From an uncultured Eubacteriales bacterium (lineage in GTDB: Bacteria > Bacillota > Clostridia > Christensenellales > Aristaeellaceae), in contig CACWUV010000001.1 of the NCBI GenBank assembly GCA_902764185.1, positions 12,258 to 76,257 on the forward strand: a stretch of 64,000 nucleotides of DNA. The letters run 5' to 3'. The position numbers and the translations under genes are program-made. Under the pieces are notes generated by a model. That model had not been told where the DNA came from. It worked only from the letters and a program-made list of their open reading frames with translations, and made no database searches. Positions 27,680 to 38,300 of this stretch are shown here, piece by piece; position 1 is the stretch's first letter, and each line of letters starts with the position of its first letter.

Positions 27680-27750
27680 CCTCCGCGGCCCTAAAACCTG
27701 CGCCTGAAACTTGAAAGGCACAAAAGCGCTTCCGGGCATAAGAAAAACCG
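27680..27750. repeat. R4 module, copy a
   Basis: CCTCCGCGGCC...CTGCGCCTGAAACTTGAAAGG...GCTTCCGGGCATAAGAAAAACCG. The same three blocks occur at 62377-62514. Confidence 0.7.
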
Positions 27751-27778
27751 CCCGCCGGCGGCAAAAACCGGCGGGCGG
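27741..27778 (-). terminator. Rho-independent terminator of the HTH gene
   Basis: An 11-bp GC stem (CCGCCCGCCGG / CCGGCGGGCGG), followed on the minus strand by TTTTT. Confidence 0.75.
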
Positions 27779-27794
27779 GCAGGCGGTTCCCGAT

Positions 27795-28028
27795 TCAGTT
27801 GGGCTTTTTCTGGTCGTAGCGCTCAAAGGCGTCCTCCAGGGAGCCGGGCAGGCCCAGCATGGCCTTGATCTGGATGGCTTCGTTCAGCGTGAAGGGCGTA
27901 ATCGCGCACAGCTTATTGTGAAGCGTGCCGTAGCTGACGCCCAGCTGATCCGCCACCTCCCGGCGGGTCAGACCCAGCAGCGCGATGCGCGCCACCAATT
28001 TGCGATAAACGATAGAATCTGTACGCAT
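27795..28028 (-). CDS. Small helix-turn-helix (XRE-like) DNA-binding protein
   Basis: 77 aa. LTRREVADQLGVSYGTLHNKL is an HTH. Confidence 0.65.
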   Translation of the reverse strand: MRTDSIVYRKLVARIALLGLTRREVADQLGVSYGTLHNKLCAITPFTLNEAIQIKAMLGLPGSLEDAFERYDQKKPN

Positions 28029-28289
28029 GGTACATCCTCCTTGCTAATACGAACATATGTTCGCCTATTACGAAAAGAATTATACCTTGCTCCCGAAGAA
28101 ATGTCAACCGGTGCGCAAAATATTTTTTATGCGTGCAAAAAACAGGGATCGTTGCGGCGGCGTCCGCGGCGACGGCGCTTTTTTGCCCGGAATTTTGCGC
28201 GGAATCGTATTTTTCAAAAAGTTCACATTTTTCCTGTCTCCCCGCGCCGTTATTCGCCCGGTTTGTCCATGACGAAAATTTTCCGTTCC

Positions 28290-28317
28290 TTGACAGACGG
28301 AACAGAATTGCTATAAT
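28290..28317 (+). promoter_or_regulatory. sigma70 promoter (TTGACA, 16 nt, TGcTATAAT) for the VanW gene
   Basis: TTGACA at 28290-28295 and an extended -10 at 28309-28317, 45 nt upstream of ATG 28362. Confidence 0.6.
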
Positions 28318-28361
28318 AAACTGTACCCGAATCCGCATTTTGAAGGAAAGGAGGCGCGCGC

Positions 28362-30002
28362 ATGGACAACGGACAGCCCCGGCAGCGCAGATCCCCCGGC
28401 GAGCCCGCACGGCACGCTCCGTATCCCAGCTATCCCCAGTATCCGGCCTATGGCGAAATGCTCCAGCCGGAGCAGCCCCAGTACGCGGCCTCCTATCCCG
28501 GTCCGGGCCGCCGATCCTCCCGCATGCAGCGGGAGCGTCAGGGTGGCCGCGAGGGTGTATGGCTGCTGATCCTCATCGTGTGCATCGCGCTGCTGGCAGC
28601 CGGGGGCTTCATCGTGTCCGGCCTGTACAGCGGCCATTATCCCGCCTTCCGCAAGCAGGTGGAGGCCATGGCCCAGGACACCTTCTTTGATGGCGTCCAC
28701 GTGGACGGCATCCATCTGGGCGGGCTCACCATGGAGGAGGCCCGTCAATTGCTCACCGGCACCACCGTGGCCCAGGACCAGCAATACGCCCTCAGCGTCA
28801 CCGTGGACGGCAAGACCTGGCGCATCACCCAGAGGGAGCTCCCCCTGCAGCGCAACCTGGAAAGCGTGCTGCAGGAGGCCTATGCCCTGGGCCGCCAAAG
28901 CAGCGCCGACGGCAGCCTGTCGCCCTTTGCATACCGCAGCCAATTGCGGGAGCAGATCCGCAATAACGGCGCATTCCTCTACACCCAGGTGACCTACGAT
29001 AAGGCCACCGTCCGCGCCCTGAGCGACAAGCTCTCCAGCCGGGTGAGCAATCCCGCCCGGGACGCCACGGTGTCCGCCTTCGATTTTGCCACCCGCTCCT
29101 TCCAATATCAAAAGGAGCAGAGCGGCACCTTCCTGAGCAGCGACGAAATCTACGAGGCCATCACCGCCCAGATGGACGCGCGCAACTACAACGGCGCCAT
29201 CACCCTGAGCACCTATCCCCAGGAGCCCTCGGTGACCCAGGCGCAGCTGCAGCAGAATTTCGGCCTCATCGCCAGCTATTCCACCGACACCCTGGCCAGC
29301 TTTAACCGCAACAAGAACATCGAGATCGCCTGCGCCGCCCTCAACGGCACCGTGCTGGAAAGCGGCAAAACCCTGTCCTTCAACGAGGTCACGGGCCGCC
29401 GCACCGTGGATAAGGGCTATATGATGGCCCCCGCCATCGCCCAGGGACGCAGCTATGAGGAGGCCGGCGGCGGCGTGTGCCAGGTGTCCTCCACGCTGTT
29501 CAACGCCGCGGCCATGGCCGATATGAAGATCGTCTCCTCCACGCCCCACGCCTGGCCCAGCGCCTACATCGCTCCCGGCCTGGACGCCACCGTGGACTGG
29601 CAAAGCGGCCAGAAGCTGGCGGACAGCCTGGATCTCAAGATCCGCAACAATTCGCCTTATCCCATCTTCATCGTCTCCTACCTGACGGGCAGCAACTTCA
29701 ACCGCGTATGCCTGTGCACGGTGGAGATTTACGGCGTGTCCCCCGGCGACGGCACCCGCATCGCGCTGGAGGCCGTGCTCAGCGAGGAGCCCATTCCCAG
29801 CCTCACCCCCAAGCAGCCGGAATACGCGCCTTTGGACGAGCTGCACCCCACGCCCACGGCGGAAATCATCGTCAAGGGCCGGGAGGGCTACCGCTATAAG
29901 ACCTACCGCGTCTATTATCAGGACGGGGTCGAGGTCCGGCGGGAGCTGCTGCGCACCGTTTACTACAAGCCCTACGCCGAGCAGGTGCGCATCTACGAAT
30001 AA
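28362..30002 (+). CDS. VanW family protein with N-terminal TM anchor and C-terminal G5-like domain
   Basis: Pro/Tyr-rich cytoplasmic head, one TM, a YoaR-like region, the VanW core (...GGGVCQVSSTLFNAA...) and a C-terminal IVKGREGYRYKTYRVYYQDG. Confidence 0.85.
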   Translation: MDNGQPRQRRSPGEPARHAPYPSYPQYPAYGEMLQPEQPQYAASYPGPGRRSSRMQRERQGGREGVWLLILIVCIALLAAGGFIVSGLYSGHYPAFRKQVEAMAQDTFFDGVHVDGIHLGGLTMEEARQLLTGTTVAQDQQYALSVTVDGKTWRITQRELPLQRNLESVLQEAYALGRQSSADGSLSPFAYRSQLREQIRNNGAFLYTQVTYDKATVRALSDKLSSRVSNPARDATVSAFDFATRSFQYQKEQSGTFLSSDEIYEAITAQMDARNYNGAITLSTYPQEPSVTQAQLQQNFGLIASYSTDTLASFNRNKNIEIACAALNGTVLESGKTLSFNEVTGRRTVDKGYMMAPAIAQGRSYEEAGGGVCQVSSTLFNAAAMADMKIVSSTPHAWPSAYIAPGLDATVDWQSGQKLADSLDLKIRNNSPYPIFIVSYLTGSNFNRVCLCTVEIYGVSPGDGTRIALEAVLSEEPIPSLTPKQPEYAPLDELHPTPTAEIIVKGREGYRYKTYRVYYQDGVEVRRELLRTVYYKPYAEQVRIYE

Positions 30003-30020
30003 GAAAGGAACACAATTATC

Positions 30021-30704
30021 ATGCGCAAAGGCGAAGTGCGCCGCCAGGCCATTGTGGACGCGGCAAACACGCTGTTCTGCCGCAAAGGCTATCTGGAAAC
30101 CACAGTGGACGACATCCTGCTGGAGCTGAATTGCAGCAAAGGCAGCTTTTACCATTATTTTGATTCCAAGCTGGCCGTTTTGCAGGCCATCTGCGAAAGC
30201 AAGGCCGCCGCTGCCTTTGAGCAATACAAATTGACCCGCGTCACCAGCACCCGGGCCAAGCTGAACAGCCTGCTTTACTGGGCCCAGCCCTTCCGCCCGG
30301 AGGAGGAGGACTGGCTGCTGGTCACATTGCGCCTGCGCAAGCTGGGCGAAGGCCTCGTGATGGAGGGCACGCTGCGCCAGTGCCAGCGGGCGCTGTTCAA
30401 GCCCGAGATGGAAAACCTGCTGCTGATCCTCAACGAGACCGGCGCGGCCCATATCGCCCGCCCCCGGCTGGACGACGTGGTGTTTGAGGCCTATACCGCC
30501 TTCTGCGACGAAATGAGCGAGGTCATATTGCAGTGCGCCCGCCAGGGCCGCAGCGTGGCCCACGACGTCACCCAGGTCACCGAGGCCGCCCGCTTCCTGT
30601 GGGAGCGCACCCTGGACATGGATTACGGCTCCATGGAATTGATCAAACTGGACGAAATGCTCCCCGTGCTGGAGCGGGTGGCGGTGAAGCTGCGGAACGC
30701 GTGA
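30021..30704 (+). CDS. TetR/AcrR family transcriptional regulator
   Basis: IVDAANTLFCRKGYLETTVDDILLELNCSKGSFYHYFDSK is a TetR_N HTH. Confidence 0.85.
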   Translation: MRKGEVRRQAIVDAANTLFCRKGYLETTVDDILLELNCSKGSFYHYFDSKLAVLQAICESKAAAAFEQYKLTRVTSTRAKLNSLLYWAQPFRPEEEDWLLVTLRLRKLGEGLVMEGTLRQCQRALFKPEMENLLLILNETGAAHIARPRLDDVVFEAYTAFCDEMSEVILQCARQGRSVAHDVTQVTEAARFLWERTLDMDYGSMELIKLDEMLPVLERVAVKLRNA

Positions 30705-30733
30705 TTTTAGCAGACAAAAAGTGAATTCGTGCA

Positions 30734-30890
30734 AGATCCTTCGACTCCGCTTACGCTCCGCTCAGGATGACATCAATAGGTTGTTTTTTTCTTGATTGCT
30801 GGCTTTTTGCTGCAATTTAAGTCAATAAATAGGAGAAAACCTGCCTTACATTGTCATCCTGAGCGAAGCGCAAGCGGAGACGAAGGATCT
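30734..30890. repeat. R1 MITE-like element, copy 3
   Basis: Same termini as the other R1 copies. The core is TTGCTGCAATTTAAGTCAATAAATA. Confidence 0.85.
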
Positions 30891-30966
30891 ATTTGTTCCG
30901 CTATCAATTTTCCCTTGCTTTCCCACCGCAATCATGCTATAACATGCATGTAATTCGGAGGTACGT

Positions 30967-31893
30967 ATGTCGTATTTTTCTACGGTGATTCCCTATGTGC
31001 TGTGGATGCTGGCGTACATTCTGCTGGGCTTCGGGCTGGTGAAGGGCGGCTGGGGCGAGACCTCCCACGCGCGGTCCATTTCCGGCATCCTGGTGTACAT
31101 CTGCGCGCCGGCCATGTTTTTCAACGCTTTCCAGACCATGCGCTACGATCCGGCGGATTTCCGGCGCATCGGCCTGTTTTTTGTGGTGACGCTGGCGGTG
31201 CAGATGATCGTCATCGCCTTTTTGTGCCTGCTGCTGCACCGGCGGTTTGCCGACGCCCGCTACCGCATCCTCAGCATCGCCACGGTGCTGGGCAACGTGG
31301 GCTTTCTGGGTCTGCCGCTGGTGACCACCCTGTTTCCCGATCAGCCCATCGTGGGCTGCTACAGCACCATGTACGCCCTGAGCATGAACCTGGTGGTGTT
31401 CACCCTGGGCGTTTATCTGATCACCCGGGACCGCAAATATATGTCCCTCAAATCCGCCATTCTGAATCCCACCTCCCTGACCATCCTGGTTACACTGCCG
31501 CTGTATTTTCTGGATATTCACCTGCCCGACGCCATCCTGGGCAATCTGGCGCTACTGGGCCGCATGACCACGCCGCTGTGCATGTTTGTGCTGGGTATGC
31601 GGCTGGCGGAGGTGAACTTGAAAGCCCTGTTCACCCGGCCCTACGCCTATATTGGAAGCCTGCTCAAGCTCCTGGTCTATCCCCTGCTGGCCTATCTGCT
31701 GGTCTATTTTGTCCCCGGGCTGGACAGCACCTTCAAAATCTGCGTGCTGGCCCTCAGCGCCGCGCCCTCGGCCTCCATCATCCTGTCCCTGGCGGAACTG
31801 CACCGCTGCGAGCAGGAGAACGCCGCCGCCACGCTGCTCATGTCCACCCTGCTGTGCGCCCTGACCATCCCGCTGGTGATGCTGATCCTGTAA
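30967..31893 (+). CDS. AEC (auxin efflux carrier) family transporter
   Basis: 308 aa with about 10 TM. The pattern ...VLGNVGFLGLPL... is typical of the Mem_trans family. Confidence 0.8.
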   Translation: MSYFSTVIPYVLWMLAYILLGFGLVKGGWGETSHARSISGILVYICAPAMFFNAFQTMRYDPADFRRIGLFFVVTLAVQMIVIAFLCLLLHRRFADARYRILSIATVLGNVGFLGLPLVTTLFPDQPIVGCYSTMYALSMNLVVFTLGVYLITRDRKYMSLKSAILNPTSLTILVTLPLYFLDIHLPDAILGNLALLGRMTTPLCMFVLGMRLAEVNLKALFTRPYAYIGSLLKLLVYPLLAYLLVYFVPGLDSTFKICVLALSAAPSASIILSLAELHRCEQENAAATLLMSTLLCALTIPLVMLIL

Positions 31894-31952
31894 GGCGGCC
31901 GTTGCTTCATGCAGAATGGCGGAAAACAGAAATTGGCAAGTTAGTTGATAAT

Positions 31953-32100
31953 AGATCCTTCGACTTCGCTTCGCTCCGCTCAGGATGACATTGGAAAGAG
32001 CGATTATCCTTGTTTAAATTGCAGCAAAAATCGCAATAAACAAGAGAAAAACCACCTATCGATGTCATCCTGAGCGGAGCGAAGCGAAGTCGAAGGATCT
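31953..32100. repeat. R1 MITE-like element, copy 4 (core inverted; extra outer arms 31921-31952 / 32101-32140)
   Basis: Same termini. The core AAATTGCAGCAA is the reverse complement of the core in copies 2 and 3. The outer flanks AAAACAGAAATTGGCAAGTTAGT... and ...ACTAACTTAAACCCTCGTCAAATTTCTGTTTT are also inverted. Confidence 0.85.
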
Positions 32101-32193
32101 TGCATAGACTAACTTAAACCCTCGTCAAATTTCTGTTTTTCTTTTCCCTGCATCAAATCCCCGCGTCCCTGCCAAAATAACCCCATGAATGCT

Positions 32194-32362
32194 TAAGGAA
32201 CCTCTGATTCATTCGCCGGCACGGCTGGCGGCGAATTAGAGTCTGTTTCTAAAATGAGGAATGTGCAGTTTCAAGCGGATCGGCTTGCAGTTCAAGGCGC
32301 TTTGACGATGGTTTACTGAAGGTAAATCGAGGTTAGAAACAGGCGCTAATCAGAGCTTCCTT
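32194..32362. repeat. R2-related element, copy c (same inverted termini, different core)
   Basis: TAAGGAACCTCTGATTCATTCGCCGGCACGGCTGGCGGC ... AATCAGAGCTTCCTTA. The left end is the reverse complement of the right ends of copies a and b. Confidence 0.65.
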
Positions 32363-32379
32363 AAAAATGGAGGCAGGAT

Positions 32380-35300
32380 ATGAACGCGATGCAACGGCGG
32401 GCGCTGCAGCGGGCGGAAAAATATGTGTGCCGGCTGGGGGCGGAGGAGCTGCCGCCGGCGGCGGGCTGGCTGCGGGACAATGCCCGGGCGCTGTATGGCC
32501 AGGAAAGCAGCCGGGGCCTGAGCGGGTCTGCCTTCGCCCGGCTGCGGGCGGTCTGCGACCAGCTGTGCGGCCAGCTTTCCGGCCCCTGGACGGAGGCGGC
32601 TCTCTGCCGCGCCATCGCGCGCGTCACCGGGGAGGCCGCGCCCTTCACGGTGGCGGAGGCCCGCGCCCTCCAGGGGATGCTACGGAACCGGATGCTGGGA
32701 TCCCTGGTGGCGCTGCTGCCCAGGATCACGGGGGAATGCCGCCTGTGGCAGGCGGGCCGACAGCTGGCGGCCCATCCGGGCAAGCCGCTGCCCGACGAGC
32801 CCGCGGCGCTTTGCCGCGCCCTGGATCTGCTGACCGCCGCCGGTCAGGCCGAGGCCGCCCGCGCACTGCAAAGCCGCATGCGGGCGGCGGGCCTGGACCC
32901 CCAGGCCGTGCGCCATGCCGCCCGGGAGGACTCGACGGCCCTGGCCACCGAGACCGGCGCGCTGATCGGGGCGCTCAAATCCCTGCCCGGCCTCCACTGG
33001 GACCGGCTGGCCGAGCGCCTGTGCGCCGCCTGCCAGGTGCTGCGGCGGCATCCGGGTTTTCCGCGCATGGAGATCGCCAGCCGCGCCCTGTACCTCAGCG
33101 CCGTTCATCGTCTGAGCCGCCGCATGGACCTGCCGGAAACGGAAGTGTGCGAAAGGGCTCTGGCCCTGTGCACGGACCAGGAAGGCGCGGCGGGCGATCC
33201 CGGCTTTTATCTGCTGGAAAATCCCCGGGCGCTGGGCCTGCGCTGCCTGACGGAAAAGGGCAAAATCCGGCTCTATTGGGGCATTCTGTGCCTGGGCGCG
33301 GCCCTGTCCTTCGGACTGGGGCTGATTTTGCTGCCCCTTTGGGCCGCCCTGCCCTTTGGCTTTGCCATGATCGCCCTTTTCCATCGCCTGCTGGAGCGCG
33401 CCGCCGCCCGGCTCCTGCCCCGGCGGACCCTGCCCCGCCTGGCCCCGGCCCATCTGCCCCGGGAGTCCCGGGCGCTGGTGGCCGTGCCCACGGTGCTCAC
33501 CAGCCGCAGCCACGCCCTGCAAATGTGCCGCCATCTGTCGGTGCTCTATCTGGCCAACGAGCACGCACCGGCGGATTTTCTGCTGCTGGCGGATTACCCC
33601 GACGCCGACCGGCCCGAGACGCCCCGGGACGCGGAAATCGTGCGGGCCGCCGCCGCGGGCATCGAAGCCCTGAACCAGACCTACGGAAAGCGGTTTTATT
33701 ATCTCCACCGGCGGCGGGTGCCGGACGCTGACGGGCGATATGCGGGCCGGGAGCGCAAGCGCGGGGCGCTGGAGATGCTGAACGCGCTGCTGCTGGGCGA
33801 GGAAAGCCCCGATCCGCTGGCCTGTGCCACGGTGCCGGACCGCCGCTACACCCACGTCATCACCCTGGACGCGGACACCTTTCTGCCCGCGGGCGGGGTG
33901 GAAAAACTGCTGGGCGCGGCGCTGCATCCCCTGCAAAGGGGGCGCGTCGCCATCATCCAGCCCCGCATGGTCACCCTGCCCATGCACGTGATCACCCACG
34001 CCCAGCAGCTGCTGGGCGGTCAGAGCGGGGCCGACGGCTACGGCGCGGCGGCGGCTGATCTCTACCAGGACGCCTTTGGCCGGGGGAGCTACATGGGTAA
34101 GGGCATCTACGAGCCCGCCGCCTTCCGCGCGGCCACCGCCCGCCTGCCCGCCCATCGCATCCTGAGCCACGACCTCATCGAGGGCGAATTGGCCCATGCC
34201 GCCCTGGCCGGAGACATCCTGTGCTACGACGGCCATCCCCGCCGGGTATCGGGCTTTCTCAAGCGCGCCCACCGCTGGACCCGGGGCGACTGGCAGATCG
34301 CGGGCTTTTTGCTGGATCGAAAGTTGGATCTGCTGTCCAAAATCAAGATCTGGGACAACCTGCGCCGGTCGCTGACCCCCTTTCTGCGCATGCTGGCCCT
34401 GATTTTGTGCGCGTATTTGCGGGCCTATGTTCCCTTTTTCCTGGCGCTGATTCCCTTTCCCATGGCCGAAAGCCTGCTGCTGCCCGCTCTGGCCCTCACC
34501 CGGACGGACGCCATCCTGCGCGCCCTGTGGCGTATGAAAGTCAGCCGCAAAAGGCTGCTGGAGTGGGTCACCGCCGCCCAGGCGGACAAGAGCGACCTAA
34601 AGGACCTGCGGGGGGCGCTGCCGCCCATGGTCTGCGGCATTTTGCTGCTGTTCGCCGCGGCCAACGCCGCCTTCTGGCCCGGCTTTGCCCTGGGCCTCGT
34701 TTGGCTGGCCTATCCCTTGACCGCCCGGTTCCTGGATCGTCCCCGCAGCCGCCGGGAAGCCCTGAGCGCCGACCAGGGGCTGTTTTTGATGGAAACCGCC
34801 CGGGATACCTGGAAATTCTTTGAAAAACACGTGGGGCCGGACACCTGCTTTCTGCCGCCGGACAACGTGCAAGTATCCCCCAACCGCGGCGCGGCCCCGC
34901 GCACCTCGCCCACCAACATGGGGCTGTATTTGCTGTCCCTGTGCGCCGCCCACGCCCTGGGCGTCATCGACACCAAAACGCTGCTGTCCCGGGCCGAGCA
35001 AACGGTGCGCACCCTGGAAAAGCTGCCTTGCTGGCACGGGGTGCCCTACAATTGGTACGACCTGCGCACCCTGGCCCCGCTGCCGCCCCGGGTGGTGTCC
35101 AGCGGACACCCGGCAGCCCACGGACGCCCCCGCCCGGCTGGACGCCCTGTGCGCGCGCATGGAGCTGGGCCGCCTGTACGACAAGCGGAGCCGCCTGTTT
35201 CATATCAGCTATGACGCGGAGGGCGACGCCCTCAGCGCCGGGCGCTACGACCTGCTGGCCAGCGAAAGCCAGCTTTTGTCCTTCGCCGCCATCCTGCGGG

Positions 35301-38300
35301 GCATGGTGCCCGAAGGCCATTGGTGGCGGCTGGGCCGCGCCTGCGCCCAGGGCAAAACCCTGCTCAGCTGGAGCGGCACGGCCTTTGAATACCTGATGGC
35401 GCCGCTGCTGCTGCCCACCTACGAGGACACCCTGCTGGCCGCCGCCCAAAAGGGCTGCGTGGCCGCCCAGATGCGGGCGGGCCGGGCGGGCTTTTTCGGC
35501 ATTTCCGAATCCGGGTATGCCGCCTTCGACCCCGAGCTCAATTACCGCTACCGGGCCTTCGGCGTGGCGGACCTGGCCCTGGACACCCAGAGCGCCGGTG
35601 CCGTTTACGCGCCCTATGCCGCCGCGCTGGCTCTGCGGGTGCGCCCCCGGGCGGCCTGCGCAGCCATGCAGGCCATGAAGCGGGCGGGCGCGTACGGGGA
35701 ATGCGGCTTTTACGAGGCCATCGACTGCCGGGAGGAGCAGCGCGTGGTGTTCAGCTTCATGGCCCACCACCAGGGCATGCTGCTGTGCGCCCTGTGCAAC
35801 GCCCTGAGCCCGGATTATCTGCCCCGGCTGCTGCTCAAGCTCCCCCGGGTGCAGGCCCATCTGCCGCTGCTGAATGAGCTGCCGCCCCGCCGGGTTTCCC
35901 GGCTGCCGCGGCCTTTGCGCCCCCATCGGGATCGGCCCGCCGAGGCGCCCCTGCGCATCCGGGGCGGGGCCGTCCTGCTGTCCGGCGGCGGCACCAGCCT
36001 GCTGGTCAATGGCCATGGGCATGGGGTGATCTTCCGGGACGGCGTGGACTGGACGCGCTTCGATCCCCGGGCCGGAGCCCGCAGCGGGCCGCAGATCTAT
36101 TGGGAGGAAAAGGATCAGCCGCCCTTGATGCTCACCGGCGGGGAATATACCTGGACGGCGGGCGGGGCGCTTTGCACCCTGGCCCAGCCCGGGCTGCGCA
36201 GTGAAATCCGCCTGTGCGTGGACCCGCTCACCGGCGCTGCGGTGTACGCGGTGAAGCTGCGCAGTTTGCAGCATCAGCCCCGGACGGGCAGGCTGACGCT
36301 GCAATTGACGCCCGCCCTGGAGCGCCGCCGGGATGATATGGTCCATCCGGCCTTTTCCGATCTGTTCCTGACCGCCGTGCCCGACGGGCAGGGCTGTTTG
36401 CTGCGCCGTCAATTGCGGGAGGGCGGGGAACGGACGCTGCGGATCAGCGCCCGGAGCCATTTTGTAACCCTGACGCCGGGCCAAAGCGAAAGCCGCCTCT
36501 TCGCCCTGGGGGAGACCCTGCCGGAGAATCCCGCCCGCTGCGAAGGCTTGGCGGCGGCGAGGTTCCAGGCCCGGCGGCGCATGAGCGGCCTGGACGGGGC
36601 CCAGCTGGCGCTGGCCGCAAAGCTGGCGGACCGGCTGTTTTACCGGCGGGACGCCGGGGCATCCGCTTCCATTCATGATTTATGGGCCCTGGGTCTCAGC
36701 GGCGACGATCCCATACTGGCCGTCCGGGCGGACGCCGAGGCGGGAACCGCGCCGCTGCGGCAGATCCACGCTCTCTACGCCTGGCTGCGGCAAGACGCCC
36801 GGGCGGAGATGGCCGTGCTGCTGCCGCCGGAGGCGGGCTACGAGCAGCCATTGCGCGCCTGCTGCGAAGGCATGCCCGGCGTGCATATGCTCTATGAAGG
36901 CGAGGCCGCCCTGCGGGCCTTTGCCGCGGTGTTTCTGGATACGGCCCGGCCCATTGCCGAGCAATTGGAGGAGCCTCCCGAGAGCGTGCGCCTGACGCCT
37001 GCCGCGCCGGGAGGCCAGCTGCCGCCGCTGCCCGCTCTGCGGCGCTGGAACGGCATCGGCGGCTTCACCGCCGACGGCGGGTATCTGGTGCAGGGCGCGG
37101 CTCCCGCGCCCTGGTGCCACATCCTGTGCAGCGAGCGCTTCGGCACCCTGGTGTGCGAGCGGGGCATCCTGTATTCCTACGCGGGCAACAGCCGCCTGCG
37201 CCGGCTGACCCGGTTCTCCCAGGAGGCAGCGGAGCCCGCGGAGGAGTATTTTGTGCTGGAAAGGGGCCAGGGCTGGTCCCTGACCCGCAATCCCCTGCAA
37301 AACGCCGACACCCGCGTGATCTATGGCATGGGCACGGCGGAATATCAGTGCGCCTTGCCGGGGCTGGAAGCCACCCTGACCTGCTTTGCGGACGCGGAGT
37401 GGCCCTGCGGCGGGCGCGTCCTGACCCTGCGCAGCCTGTCGGCCGCCGTCCGCACCCTGACGGTGCTGGGCGCGGCCCGCTTCGCCCTGGGGGAGGACGG
37501 CCGCGGCACAGCGACGGAGGCCCGGGACGGCCTGATCCTGGCCCGGGGCGACTTGCCCGGCGCGGGCTTTTTCCATCTGCCCGGCGGCCAGGGCCGCACG
37601 GCGGAGAGCAGCGCCTACGGCGTGGGCGACGGCCCCCGGCATCCCGACGCGCCGATCCCCGGCAGCGTGGGCCTGCTGCGGCGGGACATCACCCTGCGGC
37701 CCGGCGAAAGCGCGGTGCTGTGCTTCTGGCTGGGCTATTGCGCGGAGGAAAGCGGCCTGCCCGGCCTGCTGGCGCGGCTGACCCCGGAGCGGGTGCGGCT
37801 GGCGCAAAAATACTGGCGGGATCAGCTGGCGCCGCTGCAATTCCGCCTGCCGGACGCCCTGCTGAGCGACTGGCTGGGGGGCTTTTTGCCCTATCAGATC
37901 CGGGCGTCGCGGCTGTATATGCGCGCGGGCTTCTGGCAGCCCGGCGGCGCCTGGGGCTTCCGGGATCAATTGCAGGACATGCTGGCTCTCTTGTACACCG
38001 AGCCCCAGCGGGTGCGCTCGCACCTGCTGCTGTGCGCCTCCCGGCAGTACGAGGCGGGCGACGTGCAGCACTGGTGGCATCCCGACGGCGCAGGCGTGCG
38101 CACCCGCATCGCGGACGACCGGCTGTTCCTTCCCTGGGTGCTGGCGCGGTACGTCCACGTCACCGGGGATATGAAAATATTGGATGCTTCCGTGCCCTTC
38201 CTGGTCTCCGCGCCCTTGGCGGAAAACGAGCGGGACCGCTACGAGCTGGGGTCGCCCGGCCCGAACGCCACGCTGCGGGAACACTGCCTGCGGGCGCTGG

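Noticed and set aside
27795-28028. HTH protein as the antitoxin of a toxin-antitoxin pair.
   Set aside because: No small partner ORF is adjacent. The gene has its own terminator and stands alone.
8170-32362. Possibility that the recurring repeats form a CRISPR array.
   Set aside because: The copies are inverted-repeat hairpins scattered kilobases apart, not regularly spaced direct repeats with unique spacers. No cas genes are present.
32367-33731. 454-aa ORF in an alternative frame of the glucan-synthase-like gene (Arg/Pro/Gly-rich).
   Set aside because: It is an overlapping-frame artefact. The 32380 frame carries the TM and GT84 motifs and a good RBS.
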